Source of the DNA: a virus
Taxonomy: Duplodnaviria > Caudoviricetes
Direction: 5' to 3' (one strand)
Virus record (IMG/VR): IMGVR_UViG_3300048833_000767
Span: 1-60,499 of that record
Length of the DNA: 60,499 bases
A program made the position numbers and the translations under genes. Shown piece by piece: positions 47,020 through 58,000 of this stretch (its first letter is position 1; each line of letters starts with the position of its first letter). The notes beneath the pieces are model-generated. The model did no database searches, was not told the origin of the DNA, and saw only the letters and a program-made list of their open reading frames with translations.

Positions 47020-48884
47020 ACAAGAGCACCTTCCGGTCCAGCAGCACCCAGCAGGGGCTAACCGAGAACATGCAGATCTTGACCGGTCAGAAAGGGGACC
47101 GTCTGGATAAAGCGCTAACGTTGCGGGAAGCCGCTGGCCTGGGAATGCTAAGTCTGCGGCGTACCGCTAGCGGCTCACTGGTGCCAGAGCTCCCCCCAGC
47201 CAACAACGTCGATCCGGAGTGGAGCGGTGTTCAGCCGCCCCATGCACCAGCTAACGTTTCAGCCAGCGGAGCATTTCATACCATCGTGCTGACCTGGGAT
47301 GCTCCGACATATTGGGGGCACGCCTTTGCCGAGGTGTGGCGATCCGAGGATGACAACCTGAGCCATGCGATCAGGGTCGGGGCGACGCTGGCCAACGTCT
47401 ATGCCGATGCGGTGGGCAAGGAGTTTGCCGCCTTCTACTGGGTGCGGTTTGTCAACAAGAATGCCATGGAGGGCCCCTATCAAGGCACCGAGGGGCTGCA
47501 TGCTGTAACCAGCCGAGATGTACAGGACATCCTGGATGAGCTGCAGGGCAAAATCGAGGCAAGCCACCTAGTCCAGTCACTGCTGGAGCCTATACAGCAG
47601 GTGCCGCAGCTTTCCAACAACCTCAACCGGCTTGGTGCCAGTTTTGATGAAGAAGTCCAAGCACGCACTAATGCTGAGGAGGCATTGGCCAAGAAGATCA
47701 CGCAAGTCACCGCGGGATTCAAGGAAGGAGATACTCAGCTAGCCGGCCAGATCACCACCGAAACCCAGGCCAGGGCTTCGGCCGATGGTGCGTTGGGGAA
47801 GCGGATTGATACAGTGAACGCCAAGGCGGGTGAGTTAGGGGCAGCCGTTCAGCAACAAAGCCAGGCCATCGCGGATCTCAAGGGCGGTGCCCAGGCCATG
47901 TGGAGTGCCAAGGCGAGCGCTGGCGAGATCACTGCTGGGATTGGCCTTATAGCCAAATCGGATGGTACCAGTCAGGTGGCCATCTCTGCTTCTCAGGTCT
48001 TTGTGTTTGACCCGAACAGCAGCAAGCCGATGGCTCCGCTTTTTGCTATCGACAATGGCCAGGTCGTGATGGCGGAGGCCATCATCCGTAAGGCCACAAT
48101 CCAGATCCTGAACTCTGAGAAGATCATGGCGGACTATATCAAGGCCGGGGTCAGCATCTCAGCACCGTCTATCTCGGGTGGTTCCTTCGATATGGGGAAT
48201 TCCTTCATGTCGGGGGGATCCGCCGGTTTTGGCCTAGGGGGGCCTTATAGTGGGTGGGGGAAGGGCTGGTACACCATCATCTACAGCGACGGGAACCTCT
48301 ACACTAACCGGCTGACTGCGCAGGGTGGCCGTATCGATAACATGACGATGCGTAATTGCACCATTGAGCAGGACTGTGTGGTCAAAGGAACAGTTTTTGC
48401 CGATCGCATTGTAGGGGACGTATATGTTGCCCGAGACTATGCCTGCGTGACACATGCAAAACAGGTTGGCCCGATTGATGTTTGCAGTATCAAAATCAAC
48501 CAACCTGTTGGTTTCGCTCGAACACTTACTATCCCTGGGGTGGCTGGCATGGTGGGGTGCTCTGTGACTGCATCTGGTAGTGGTTCCTCACCTATATCGA
48601 ACTCCAATTCGACGACGATGCAGATTACCGTTTTAATGGATGGTGCTGTGGTGAAAACGCTGACAGCGATGGCCTCAGCATATGCGACATCCAATCCATC
48701 ACAAGGACCGGTGACCAGTGTAGATGAAGTCGGCTCTTATATTGGTGACATTACCATCCCCGCGAATCGTGAACCGCTCATCACCATCAGGATCCAGCGG
48801 ATCAAGGGGGACGGGTGGGTGCGTAGCGACCCTTCTCAAAGTGGGCGTGTTGTGCTGTTTAAGCAAGGCAGCTCACTATCATGA
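47016..48884 (+). CDS. tail tip/host-specificity protein (FN3 + DUF1983, J-like)
   Basis: EVWRS..DNL, YWVRFVN, AGIGL, PLFAI.NGQV. Confidence 0.75.
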   Translation: MNKSTFRSSSTQQGLTENMQILTGQKGDRLDKALTLREAAGLGMLSLRRTASGSLVPELPPANNVDPEWSGVQPPHAPANVSASGAFHTIVLTWDAPTYWGHAFAEVWRSEDDNLSHAIRVGATLANVYADAVGKEFAAFYWVRFVNKNAMEGPYQGTEGLHAVTSRDVQDILDELQGKIEASHLVQSLLEPIQQVPQLSNNLNRLGASFDEEVQARTNAEEALAKKITQVTAGFKEGDTQLAGQITTETQARASADGALGKRIDTVNAKAGELGAAVQQQSQAIADLKGGAQAMWSAKASAGEITAGIGLIAKSDGTSQVAISASQVFVFDPNSSKPMAPLFAIDNGQVVMAEAIIRKATIQILNSEKIMADYIKAGVSISAPSISGGSFDMGNSFMSGGSAGFGLGGPYSGWGKGWYTIIYSDGNLYTNRLTAQGGRIDNMTMRNCTIEQDCVVKGTVFADRIVGDVYVARDYACVTHAKQVGPIDVCSIKINQPVGFARTLTIPGVAGMVGCSVTASGSGSSPISNSNSTTMQITVLMDGAVVKTLTAMASAYATSNPSQGPVTSVDEVGSYIGDITIPANREPLITIRIQRIKGDGWVRSDPSQSGRVVLFKQGSSLS

Positions 48885-49240
48885 AGGCAAGCATTGATCG
48901 CATTGCCAGCGATACCAGAAATCCTAATCTTTCAACTGAACTGCAAGACGCCATCCAAAACCGGGTGGCGTTTTTGTTTGTGCGCGGTGCAGATGGTTTT
49001 GTCCTGAAACCGGTGGTTGAGCGAGGTGTTACTGGTGTTCTGGTGTGGGTTGGATGGGGTGACGGCGGAGCCCCAGGGCGACACTTGCCAGAGGTGAAGC
49101 GGTTGGCTCGTCTGATCGGAGCACGCTGGCTGCGCTTTCATTCGGCACGCAAGGGGTGGCTGAAAGTGGCTCCCAAGATGGGGTGGGCGCGTCAGCCAGA
49201 TGATGCTGACGGCCTGAATGTATTTCAAATCAACCTGTGA
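48881..49240 (+). CDS. hypothetical virion-associated protein (GNAT-like fold possible)
   Basis: DGFVLKP, S.RKGW. Confidence 0.65.
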   Translation: MKASIDRIASDTRNPNLSTELQDAIQNRVAFLFVRGADGFVLKPVVERGVTGVLVWVGWGDGGAPGRHLPEVKRLARLIGARWLRFHSARKGWLKVAPKMGWARQPDDADGLNVFQINL

Positions 49241-49249
49241 GGTGGGGCG

Positions 49250-49882
49250 ATGGGTAAGGGCGGTTCAAACGAGATCAAGGAAACCGAGGCCCAGAAAGCT
49301 GCTGCTGGGGTGGCCATGGAGCAGTGGGACCTCTACAAGAGCGATCTGCAGCAATACGAGGACCTCTTTATGGACAAGGTGGACGACCTCAACAACGAGC
49401 GGGAATACGACAAGCTGGCCGGGACTGCTGCGCTCGGCACGGCTCAATCCTTTGGTGAGGCTCGCGTTGGGTTGGCTGACAGCCTTGCTGTGGGCGGGGT
49501 TGACCCGACCAGCGGCAAGTACCAGGAGGCAATGGGCACACTGGAAACGGATCAAGCCCTGAGCCAAGCCGACACCACTAACCGGGCCCAGTCCAGTCAA
49601 CAGGACAAGTACGTGGCTGGCCTCAAGGATGTGGTGAGTATTGGTGCCGGCCAGAAGGCGGAATCCCTCGCGGGAATGGGGGATGTGGCAAGCACCAGCC
49701 TTCGCAAGGCCACCAATGATGCCCAGACCTCCTTTCAAAATAAGCAGGCAACCTCGGGCTTGGTTGGCACCTTGTTAGGCGGTGCAACTGCGTATGGCCT
49801 TGGGCAGATGAAAGCCCCCGTTGCTGCTGATAGCAAGAAGATCAGCCCTACGGCATCTGTACTGCAAAACAAAGGTTACTAA
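49250..49882 (+). CDS. putative internal/ejection protein
   Basis: MGKGG start, Gly/Ala/Gln-rich. Confidence 0.65.
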   Translation: MGKGGSNEIKETEAQKAAAGVAMEQWDLYKSDLQQYEDLFMDKVDDLNNEREYDKLAGTAALGTAQSFGEARVGLADSLAVGGVDPTSGKYQEAMGTLETDQALSQADTTNRAQSSQQDKYVAGLKDVVSIGAGQKAESLAGMGDVASTSLRKATNDAQTSFQNKQATSGLVGTLLGGATAYGLGQMKAPVAADSKKISPTASVLQNKGY

Positions 49883-49892
49883 GGGGTAAGCC

Positions 49893-50273
49893 ATGGGATA
49901 TGCCGCAGATACGTACGCCAAAATCACCCGGGAGCAGTATCAGGACTGGAAGACTCGCTTCTACCCCAAGCAGAAGGAGCTGATGGATCTGGCTACGAAT
50001 GGACAGTTGTTGCGAGAGCAGCTTGGTCGGGTTGACCAGAACAATCAGCACTCTCTGGTTGCAGCAAAGCAAGCCACTGACAACCGAATGGCAAGGATGG
50101 GGGTTGGGACCAATCAGAACGCCAACGACAACAGCCAAGGCCTACGCATGGCTCTGATGACGGCAGGGACGGAGAACGGGCTGCGCGAGCAAGAGCAGTC
50201 CCGCCAGATGGGCATTTTGACAGGTGCTGATGCTGGGCTGCGTGAAGCAATCAAAACGGGAGGTAAAGCCTGA
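49893..50273 (+). CDS. putative internal virion protein
   Basis: operonic, Gln-rich. Confidence 0.65.
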   Translation: MGYAADTYAKITREQYQDWKTRFYPKQKELMDLATNGQLLREQLGRVDQNNQHSLVAAKQATDNRMARMGVGTNQNANDNSQGLRMALMTAGTENGLREQEQSRQMGILTGADAGLREAIKTGGKA

Positions 50274-50512
50274 TGGGGTACGGGATATTAGATATTGGTG
50301 CCCAGACTCGGCAGCAAGGCATGGTGGGCTTGCGAGACGCAGCCAATCGAGAGTCAGAACTGGAGGCGGCCAACAAGGGCCTCAAAACTGCACGCAAGGG
50401 GCAGGCCCTGAGCGCCGTCGGGGCTGGAGCAGCCGTCGGCACGATGGTTATGCCTGGCATTGGTACTGCGATTGGTGCAGGCGTAGGTTTTCTGGCGGAC
50501 AGTCTGTTTTAA
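50273..50512 (+). CDS. glycine-zipper small protein, putative ejection protein
   Basis: GAGAAVG..PGIGTAIGAGVG. Confidence 0.65.
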   Translation: MGYGILDIGAQTRQQGMVGLRDAANRESELEAANKGLKTARKGQALSAVGAGAAVGTMVMPGIGTAIGAGVGFLADSLF

Positions 50513-50522
50513 GGGGGAGTAG

Positions 50523-51923
50523 ATGGGTGTTTCAGGATTAGCGGAAGGGTTCCTGGCTGGTTTCAATACGATGGACCGGTATCAGCGTGGTCAGAAAGAA
50601 AACGAGCTCATGGACAAGTCAATGAGCCTGCGTGACGCACAATGGCAGAACGAGCAGGACCGCCAGAAGGTTGCGGATCAACGGTATCAAGAGAACGTTG
50701 ATTACGCCAAAGAGCGGGATAGCCTTGGAGATGCCCGCTATGAGAAAGAGTTTACGCTTAATGAGCGGCAAGCAAAGTTTGCTGAAGCTCGGGCAAATGC
50801 GGCTGAACGCCGGGCTTCTGCCAGCGAAGCCCGCCAACAGAAGGAATATCAGTGGCAGACTGAGCAGCGGGAGAAGCAGCTATTCCAACAGGAAAATCTT
50901 CCCATTATCCAATCTGGTTGGCAGTCAGTCGCAGAAGGAAAGGCCCCGGGTCAGCAGTTCTGGGATGTGGTGCGTGATCCACGAGCGGGCTCATTTAATC
51001 CTGAGCGATACCTGCAGCAAGACTATGCAGATGCTGGAGAAGTGGCAGTGAAACACGGAGGCAAGCTTATGCGTTTAGCGCAAGAGGGGAAGCTGGACCC
51101 CAACTCTCCGGAAGGGCATGCGCTCATCAATGATGGCAAGTTCATCAAGTCGCTTGACACTATTTATCAGGATGAGATCCACAGAGGCGTGGGTGACATC
51201 GACCCGGATAGCGGTAAGACCATCACTGGTAAAGAGCTGAGCAACATCATGGTGAGCCCCGATGGGCGCGGTGTTGTACTGGGGGTCACGGTTACTTATG
51301 ACGACGGTAGCACCGATGTTCGCCCCGTTACCAATAACCGCACCTCTGCGCCAGATGATCACCCCAAGGTGATCCCCATCAATGATTTTTTGAAGCCAGC
51401 TTACCAGCGGGCGGCTCTGGCAAAGCACATGATCGGCAATGCAGATCAGTTGCGCATATCACTTGGCCTGACCGCAGGCCCGGATCAGGCTGGCTACAAG
51501 AAGGCGGTGACAGACCTTGAGAAGCAGCATGGCCAGAATCGGGCTCGGATTTCGGCCAGTAATGCGGAAGACAAAGATATCCAGCTGGAGGCATTGGACG
51601 CCCAGCTCGAGTCGAGCAAAGCCGCTGCAGCTGACACGCATGGCATGGCCAGCAAGCGTGAAGCCCCGACAGACAGCGCCCCCATCAAGGAGTGGACTGC
51701 GCGTGATCCTGACCGACTGCAGTTCATTAAAGAGGCAAACCAACATGGCAAGCTCCATGGACTGCTCGAGAACCCCACCAGAATGAACACCGCTTTTGAG
51801 ATGTGGCGCCAGCAGGCGGCCAAGAAAAAGCAAACGGAGCAGGCCACAGTCACGGCCAATCGGCTGCGTGATACTGAAACCAATGCTTATCAGGCAATGA
51901 GCTTGGCGCAGGCCCGCCAGTAG
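50523..51923 (+). CDS. putative ejection protein
   Basis: GLAEGFLAGF start, coiled coil. Confidence 0.65.
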   Translation: MGVSGLAEGFLAGFNTMDRYQRGQKENELMDKSMSLRDAQWQNEQDRQKVADQRYQENVDYAKERDSLGDARYEKEFTLNERQAKFAEARANAAERRASASEARQQKEYQWQTEQREKQLFQQENLPIIQSGWQSVAEGKAPGQQFWDVVRDPRAGSFNPERYLQQDYADAGEVAVKHGGKLMRLAQEGKLDPNSPEGHALINDGKFIKSLDTIYQDEIHRGVGDIDPDSGKTITGKELSNIMVSPDGRGVVLGVTVTYDDGSTDVRPVTNNRTSAPDDHPKVIPINDFLKPAYQRAALAKHMIGNADQLRISLGLTAGPDQAGYKKAVTDLEKQHGQNRARISASNAEDKDIQLEALDAQLESSKAAAADTHGMASKREAPTDSAPIKEWTARDPDRLQFIKEANQHGKLHGLLENPTRMNTAFEMWRQQAAKKKQTEQATVTANRLRDTETNAYQAMSLAQARQ

Positions 51924-52037
51924 TTGCCTTTACCCACTCCCTGCGTTAGCATCTCCCCATAGTCGGCCAGTCTGTTTATCGGCCTGCCCCCACCATTTCA
52001 AGCCCTGAACGGTTCGCCGTTCGGGGCTTTTCTTTTG
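51924..52037 (+). promoter_or_regulatory. late promoter + terminator, unit 4 (giant protein)
   Basis: TTGCCT-N17-TAGCAT with CTGCGT; hairpin AGCCCTGAACGG-TTCG-CCGTTCGGGGCT-TTTCTTTT. Confidence 0.72.
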
Positions 52038-52056
52038 CCCGAAAGCCGAGGACACC

Positions 52057-55000
52057 ATGGATAAGCCTGGACTGCGTGACGCCCTGCCACAGCCGCAACA
52101 ATCCGACACCCGTAACGACCAATTTTGGGGCGACCTTGATAGCAACCTATCTGCCGTCTCTTCCACCTCGCCCCTATCCAAAGCCGCCCCGGCTCGCAAT
52201 CTTGATGTGGGGCTTGGCGATCTTGCTCGCGGCGTCGGTGCTGGCGCACTGGATCTGGTAGGCGGGATCGGTGAGCTGGCGGGTCAAGCCAGCGAATTCG
52301 GCAGAGAGAATGCTGGCAAGCAGGGAGGGGACTACCTGGAGCAGGCGCGCGCCAACCTGGCCAGCAAGCTCAGCCCAGTGCTGGACTTCGTTGCCGGGGC
52401 CGGTGATCTGGCCAAGTCTGGCGCCGAGTCCCTGACCGAAGGGATGAGCTCCGATGCGAAAGAGGCCATGAACCGCCGGCTTGTTGATGAAACGCCGGAG
52501 GGCCGTCTGATCATGGGGGACGGTGCGGGTGATATCGATGTCTGGGCCATGAAGATGGCACAAGGTGTCGGTTCTTTGGTGCCAACCCTGCTTGCCGGCG
52601 GCGTGACTGGGGTCGCAGCCAAGGCAACCTTGGGCCGCGCCGTGACAGCATCCATGATCAAGCGTGGTGCAACACAAGAAGTGGCAGAGGCCGTGGCCGC
52701 CAAGGCCGTCTCCAAGCTTGCCACCGGAGCTGCCGTCACAACCGGTGCGACCGGTTCTGTAGGCAGTGCCGGGGTGAATGCCAAAGAGTCAGTGCTTGGC
52801 ATGAGCTATGACGAGCTGGCAGCGAGTGACACGTTCCGCCAGGCATTCTCCCGTATCGACCAAGATCAGCAAACTCTTCACCTCACAGACGATGAGAAAT
52901 TGGCACTGGCCAGGGAAGAAACCGCCAATGTGGCCAGTCGCGCGACCATGAGCGATGCCAAGACCTGGGGGGCGGCAGCCATGGGATCCATGATGGGTGA
53001 TGCCATGTTGTTCAAGATGTTGGCAGGTAAGGTGGCGACTGGCGGCGTGCTCAAGGGGGCGGCCAAGGGGGCAGTAGGTGAGGGGATCGGCGAAACCCTC
53101 GAGGAGGGGGTGCAGCAATACACCATCAACGAGTCCCTCAACGAGGTGGCCGCTGCCGATATCGACCCGATGAAAGGAGTGGTGTCCAGTGCGCTGGAAG
53201 GCGGCCTGATTGGCATGGGTACCGGTGGCGCCCTGGGTGGCGTTGGCGGGATGCGCGGCAGCAAGTCGCAGGCCGAAAGCGAAAGGGGCGCACAGGTAGA
53301 CCCCGCCACCGTGGAGGATGTCGTACCTGTTGAGCAGGGTGACCCAGTGCAGGCTAACCCAGCTACCGCACCGGCAGAGCCAGACTTGGCACCTGCCGCT
53401 GACGCCATGGCCGAACCGGTGGTTGCACCCTCTGGCGAGCAATCCCCGCTTGGCCCCAGCGCCAGCCAGTTTGACGAGCTGCGTGATGTGCCGGCCTACC
53501 TGCGCCGCGACGATACCGCCGAACGGTACAAGGGCATGGCTGCCGATAGCGAGGTGCAGCGCGCCTTGGCTGGTGAGTTTGGCCAGTCAGTGCAGGAGTT
53601 GGTTGCTTCCCAGATGCAGGCTGGCGATCAGGGCAAGAGCCTTTATGAGCGGGCTCAGGCTGGCGAGCTCGGGGTTGACCCTTTCGCAGGCAACAAGAGC
53701 GCCCAGCAGGTGGCCATGGAGAACCACCGCCCAGCCCTGCCGCTCAAGGATGTGATCTTTGCCGGTGATGCCAATGCTAGCAGGGAGGTGAGTCAAGAAG
53801 GCCACTTTGACGACAAGCAGGCCGGCACCGGCCCCCAGTACCGCGGCGCAGAGCGTACTCGCTGGCAGAGTGGGCAGGAGGGGGATGTGTTGCCGCCGGA
53901 GACCTCTGCCACCAAGCCAGCCGGCGAGTTGCAGGGCGCGGTGATTGAGGGTGAGGCTCGCGAGGTCGGTACCGAGTTGCCACACCGTGATGTGGTCTAT
54001 GGAGCAGATCAGCGACAGCCTGACGCCAAACCGATGCGCGGCAGTGCCACAGAATCGTCAGTTGGCTCGCTCCAGACACTCCGCATCACCCGCAAAGGCA
54101 AGCCGTTCGCAACCGAGAAAGAAGCGGCCATGGCCAGCCGCAATGGCAAGGAGATGCCGGTGCCGCTCAATGGTGGCGGCTTTGGTGTGGCAGAGGTCGC
54201 CGAAGTGGAGCAGGTGCAGGCTGCCAGCAATCCCAATGCAATCAATGGCCCACAGGCCACTAACAAAATCCAGGCAGAGGTGAGCAATGAGCCAGTTACC
54301 CCAGTACCTGCAATCGGCAGTGAACGACAAGGCGATCAGCCTGGTGCAGGCGAACCAGTTGCAGCAGGCAATGGACCAGCCATTGCCGAACTCGCCGACC
54401 GAACTGGACCCGGAGATCTGGCAGATAACACTCCTGCTCCACCTGTACCTGATGGACAGCAGCAAGATGACCAAACACTGACAGCCCCGGCCACTGATGC
54501 CGGGGCTGCTGTTTCTGAGGTGGCACAACCCGAGCCAGTGCGGCAGATCGAGGTAGCCCGCGCCGAGGTGGCGCCTGAGCCAACCGACGCACAGAAGGAG
54601 GCTGGAAATTACAAGAAGGGTCACCTCAAGCTGCTGGGGCTGGATATCGCGCTAGAGAACCCCAAGGGCTCTACCCGTTCCGGCAAAGACAAGGATGGCA
54701 AGGCGTGGCAATCCACCATGGCCCACGACTACGGCTATATCAAGCGTACTCTGGGGGCGGACGGGGATCATGTCGATGTGTTCATCGGTGACCAGCCAGA
54801 TAGCGAAACGGTCTATGTGGTGGATCAGGTAGACCCCAAGACCGGCAAGTTTGACGAGCACAAGGTGATGATGGGCTTTGCCGACGAGCAGGCCGCCCTG
54901 GATGGCTACCTTGCCAACTATGAGAAGGGATGGAAGGGGCTTGGCTCCATCAAGGCAATGCCGGTGGAGGAGTTCAAGGGCTGGGTGAAGGAGGGAAATA

Positions 55001-58000
55001 CAACCAAGCCTATTGCTGCTGGTAACACCGCACTATCGAGTAAGATCGCAGATTTTGGAGAGAAGATTGGAGGAGCGCGCAAGGATACCTGGACGGCGTA
55101 CCGCAATACTGTTGAAGGAGAGACAACTGAGCAGATCAGGGCATTGCCTTTATCTAAGGCTTGGCCAGCGCCAGCTTACGATAGGTTGATTGAATCAGGA
55201 GTGGATCGCCATGCCGTTGCTATTGCTAGGGCTGCTCGCGATGCCATACCAGCAAAGCCTCGCGCCAGCTATAAGGTGGGAAACTGGGCGCAGGCTGTGA
55301 AGTCGTTGCGCGACCTATCTCTAGGCCTAATGGATGGCACAATTGATACCGACACGGCGAAACGAGAGCTGTCGAGCGCCAGCCTGCGCAGTGCCCATGC
55401 AATTCATAGCAGAGCAGAGCTTTATCTGGCTGTCGGTCACCAACGAAGCCTCGCCGATCTTGAGCTCAACCTGGGCAGTTACAGCCTCTATGAGGGGGTG
55501 AAATACGATCCCCCCAGGGGAATCTGGACAATTAGCAGAGAGAGTAAGTCGGGCGCCTTCGGCGGTTGGCCACGTGTTATCGCATCCGGGTCTAGCAAGG
55601 CAGAGGTGATTGCTGAATTCAAGCGTCGTTATGACCAGTTGACGCAAGAGGGGAGTAAACCAAAAGCAATCTCGTTCGCTATCTACAGTCGCCGTCATGG
55701 CCAAGGCTGGCTCGTCGGTAAAAAAGTCGGCCGTAACCACCTGGACCTGACAGAGGCATTTGAGAGTGCCAGCGATGCCAGAAAGTACCGGGATGAGCAC
55801 TATGACGAGCTGGTCAGCAAGCTGGAAAAGGCCAAAGAGATCCCGCATGAACGCCGTGATATCAACCAGCCTCGAGTGGGTGAGGACATGCGCGGTGGGG
55901 CTGATGTCACGCCTGAGCTGTTTGGGCAGGCCTTCGGTTTTCGAGGTGTGGAATTTGGTAACTGGGTGGAGCAAGGCCGTCGTCAACGAGATCTGAACCA
56001 TGCCTATGATGCGCTGATGGATATGGCGGCGGTACTGGGGATCTCGCCCAAGGCTTTGTCGCTCAATGGCGAGCTGGGTCTGGCGTTCGGCGCCAGGGGC
56101 TCTGGTGGGGTTAATCCTGCTGCTGCACATTACGAGCATGGCAAGGTGGTGATTAACCTCACCAAGATGAATGGGGCTGGTTCGTTAGGACATGAGTGGT
56201 GGCATGCGCTTGATGCCTACTTTGCCAGAACCCGGGGCCAGGCAGGTGACATGATGACTGAGGCACTGGACGTGTCTTTGGCTGCTCGGGATAGCCGATT
56301 CTCCCATCGTGGCGCTGTTCGCAAAGAGATGATCGAGGCTTTTGGTGCCGTCAACCGGGCAATCAAGCAGACCGCCCTAAAGGAGCGGTCGCGCAAGCTG
56401 GATGAAAAGCGCAGTAAGGCGTACTGGACCACCGCCCGTGAGCTGAGCGCCCGGGCGTTCGAGTCGTATCTGATTGCCAAGTTGCAAGACCAGAATGCCA
56501 GTAACGATTACCTGGCAAATATCGTCAGCGAAGCGTCCTGGGATGCAGAAGCTGCGTTGGGTATGCAGCTTGATGGGAGTTATCCCTACCCGACAGCCGG
56601 GGAGATTCCGGCCATCCGGACTGGCTTTGATCAGTTCTTTGACACCATTGAAGAACGTGAGGAGGGGGAGCGCCAGATCCTGTTCTCCAAGCAGGCAATG
56701 GCGCAGGGCGAGAAGCCAGTCAAGCACCTGACCCGCAAAGAGGCGGAGCTGGTAACCAAGGAGTGGTTCAAGCAGTACCGCGGCGCAGCCGGCATTGATG
56801 TGCAGATCCACGCCACACAGGCAGAACTTGAGGGGGCCCTGGGGCTCAATGCCAAAGAAGGGCTGATTCGGCGCGCGGCGTTCGATGATGACACGGGCTC
56901 ACTGCATGTGGCCGCCGATACGATTTCTGACCCCAAGCGGATGCGCGAGATCCTGCGCCATGAAGTGCTGGCCCACTATGGCTTGGCCAACGTACTGGGC
57001 GATGGTGAATACACCAAGCTGATGAGCCGCCTGATCCAGTCCAAGAAAGATCCAAGCATGAAGGAGGTATGGGACTGGGTGGACACTCACTATGCCGACG
57101 AGGACATTGGTACCAAGGCGGAGGAAGTTGTTGCCCATCTTGCTGAGCTGGAACAGAGCGCCTGGCGTTGTGGTTGGGATAGTGTGGTTGCGTGGGTAAC
57201 TCGGGCACTGCGTGCAGTTGGTTTTGTTCCGGAGGGGATTACTGCTGCTGAGACGAGAACCCTGGTCGAGGTGCTGGGCAAGAAGATGAAGCGCAGGGGC
57301 CCTGATGATAGTGGCCCTGATGGCGGCAAGAAGTTCAGCCAGGAGGAGCAGTCAGCCAATAAGGGTGGCGTCAAGATGAGTCAGACCAGCACGGCCGCTG
57401 ACAAAGCCATGGAAAAGCTCAACCTGGGGCCAAAGCCTGACATCATCGACAAAACCAAGGCCAATCTGGACAAGCTGCGCGAAGTGGATCGCGGCGTGGT
57501 CAAGTCCTGGGTGGACCGTTTGATCAAGAAGGCTAACACAGAGGTACTCGATGCGTTGGCTCCCATCAAGTATGCCGAGGAGGCTGCAGGCATAACTGAT
57601 GCGGCAGATTCCGGCTATGTGGCTGCCCGCATGGCAACCGGGGCGGCTTCCACTATGCAGGCAACCATGCTCTATGGTCTGCCTGAGTGGAAGGATGGCG
57701 TGATCCAGCGCAAGGCTGGAACTGGCGAGAAAGATGCATTGCTCGGCATCTTCTCTGATCTGGGAAGCGACCTCCACAACTGGCTTGGCTGGATGGCTGG
57801 CCACCGGGCAGAGATCCTGCTGGCGCAGGGACGTGAGAACCTGCTCGATGCCAATGACATTGCAGCGCTCAAGGCCCAGGGTAAGGGCAAAGAAGCCAAG
57901 TTCATGGAGGCAAAAGCCCGCTGGAATCGCCTCAACGCCGCCACCTTGGATCTGGCGCAGGAGGCTGGCCTGTTTACCCTGGAGGCCCGGGCCGAGTTCG

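Noticed and set aside
50273-50512. Glycine-zipper protein as a bacteriocin
   Set aside because: Coupled within the ejection-protein cluster; no transporter or leader peptide.
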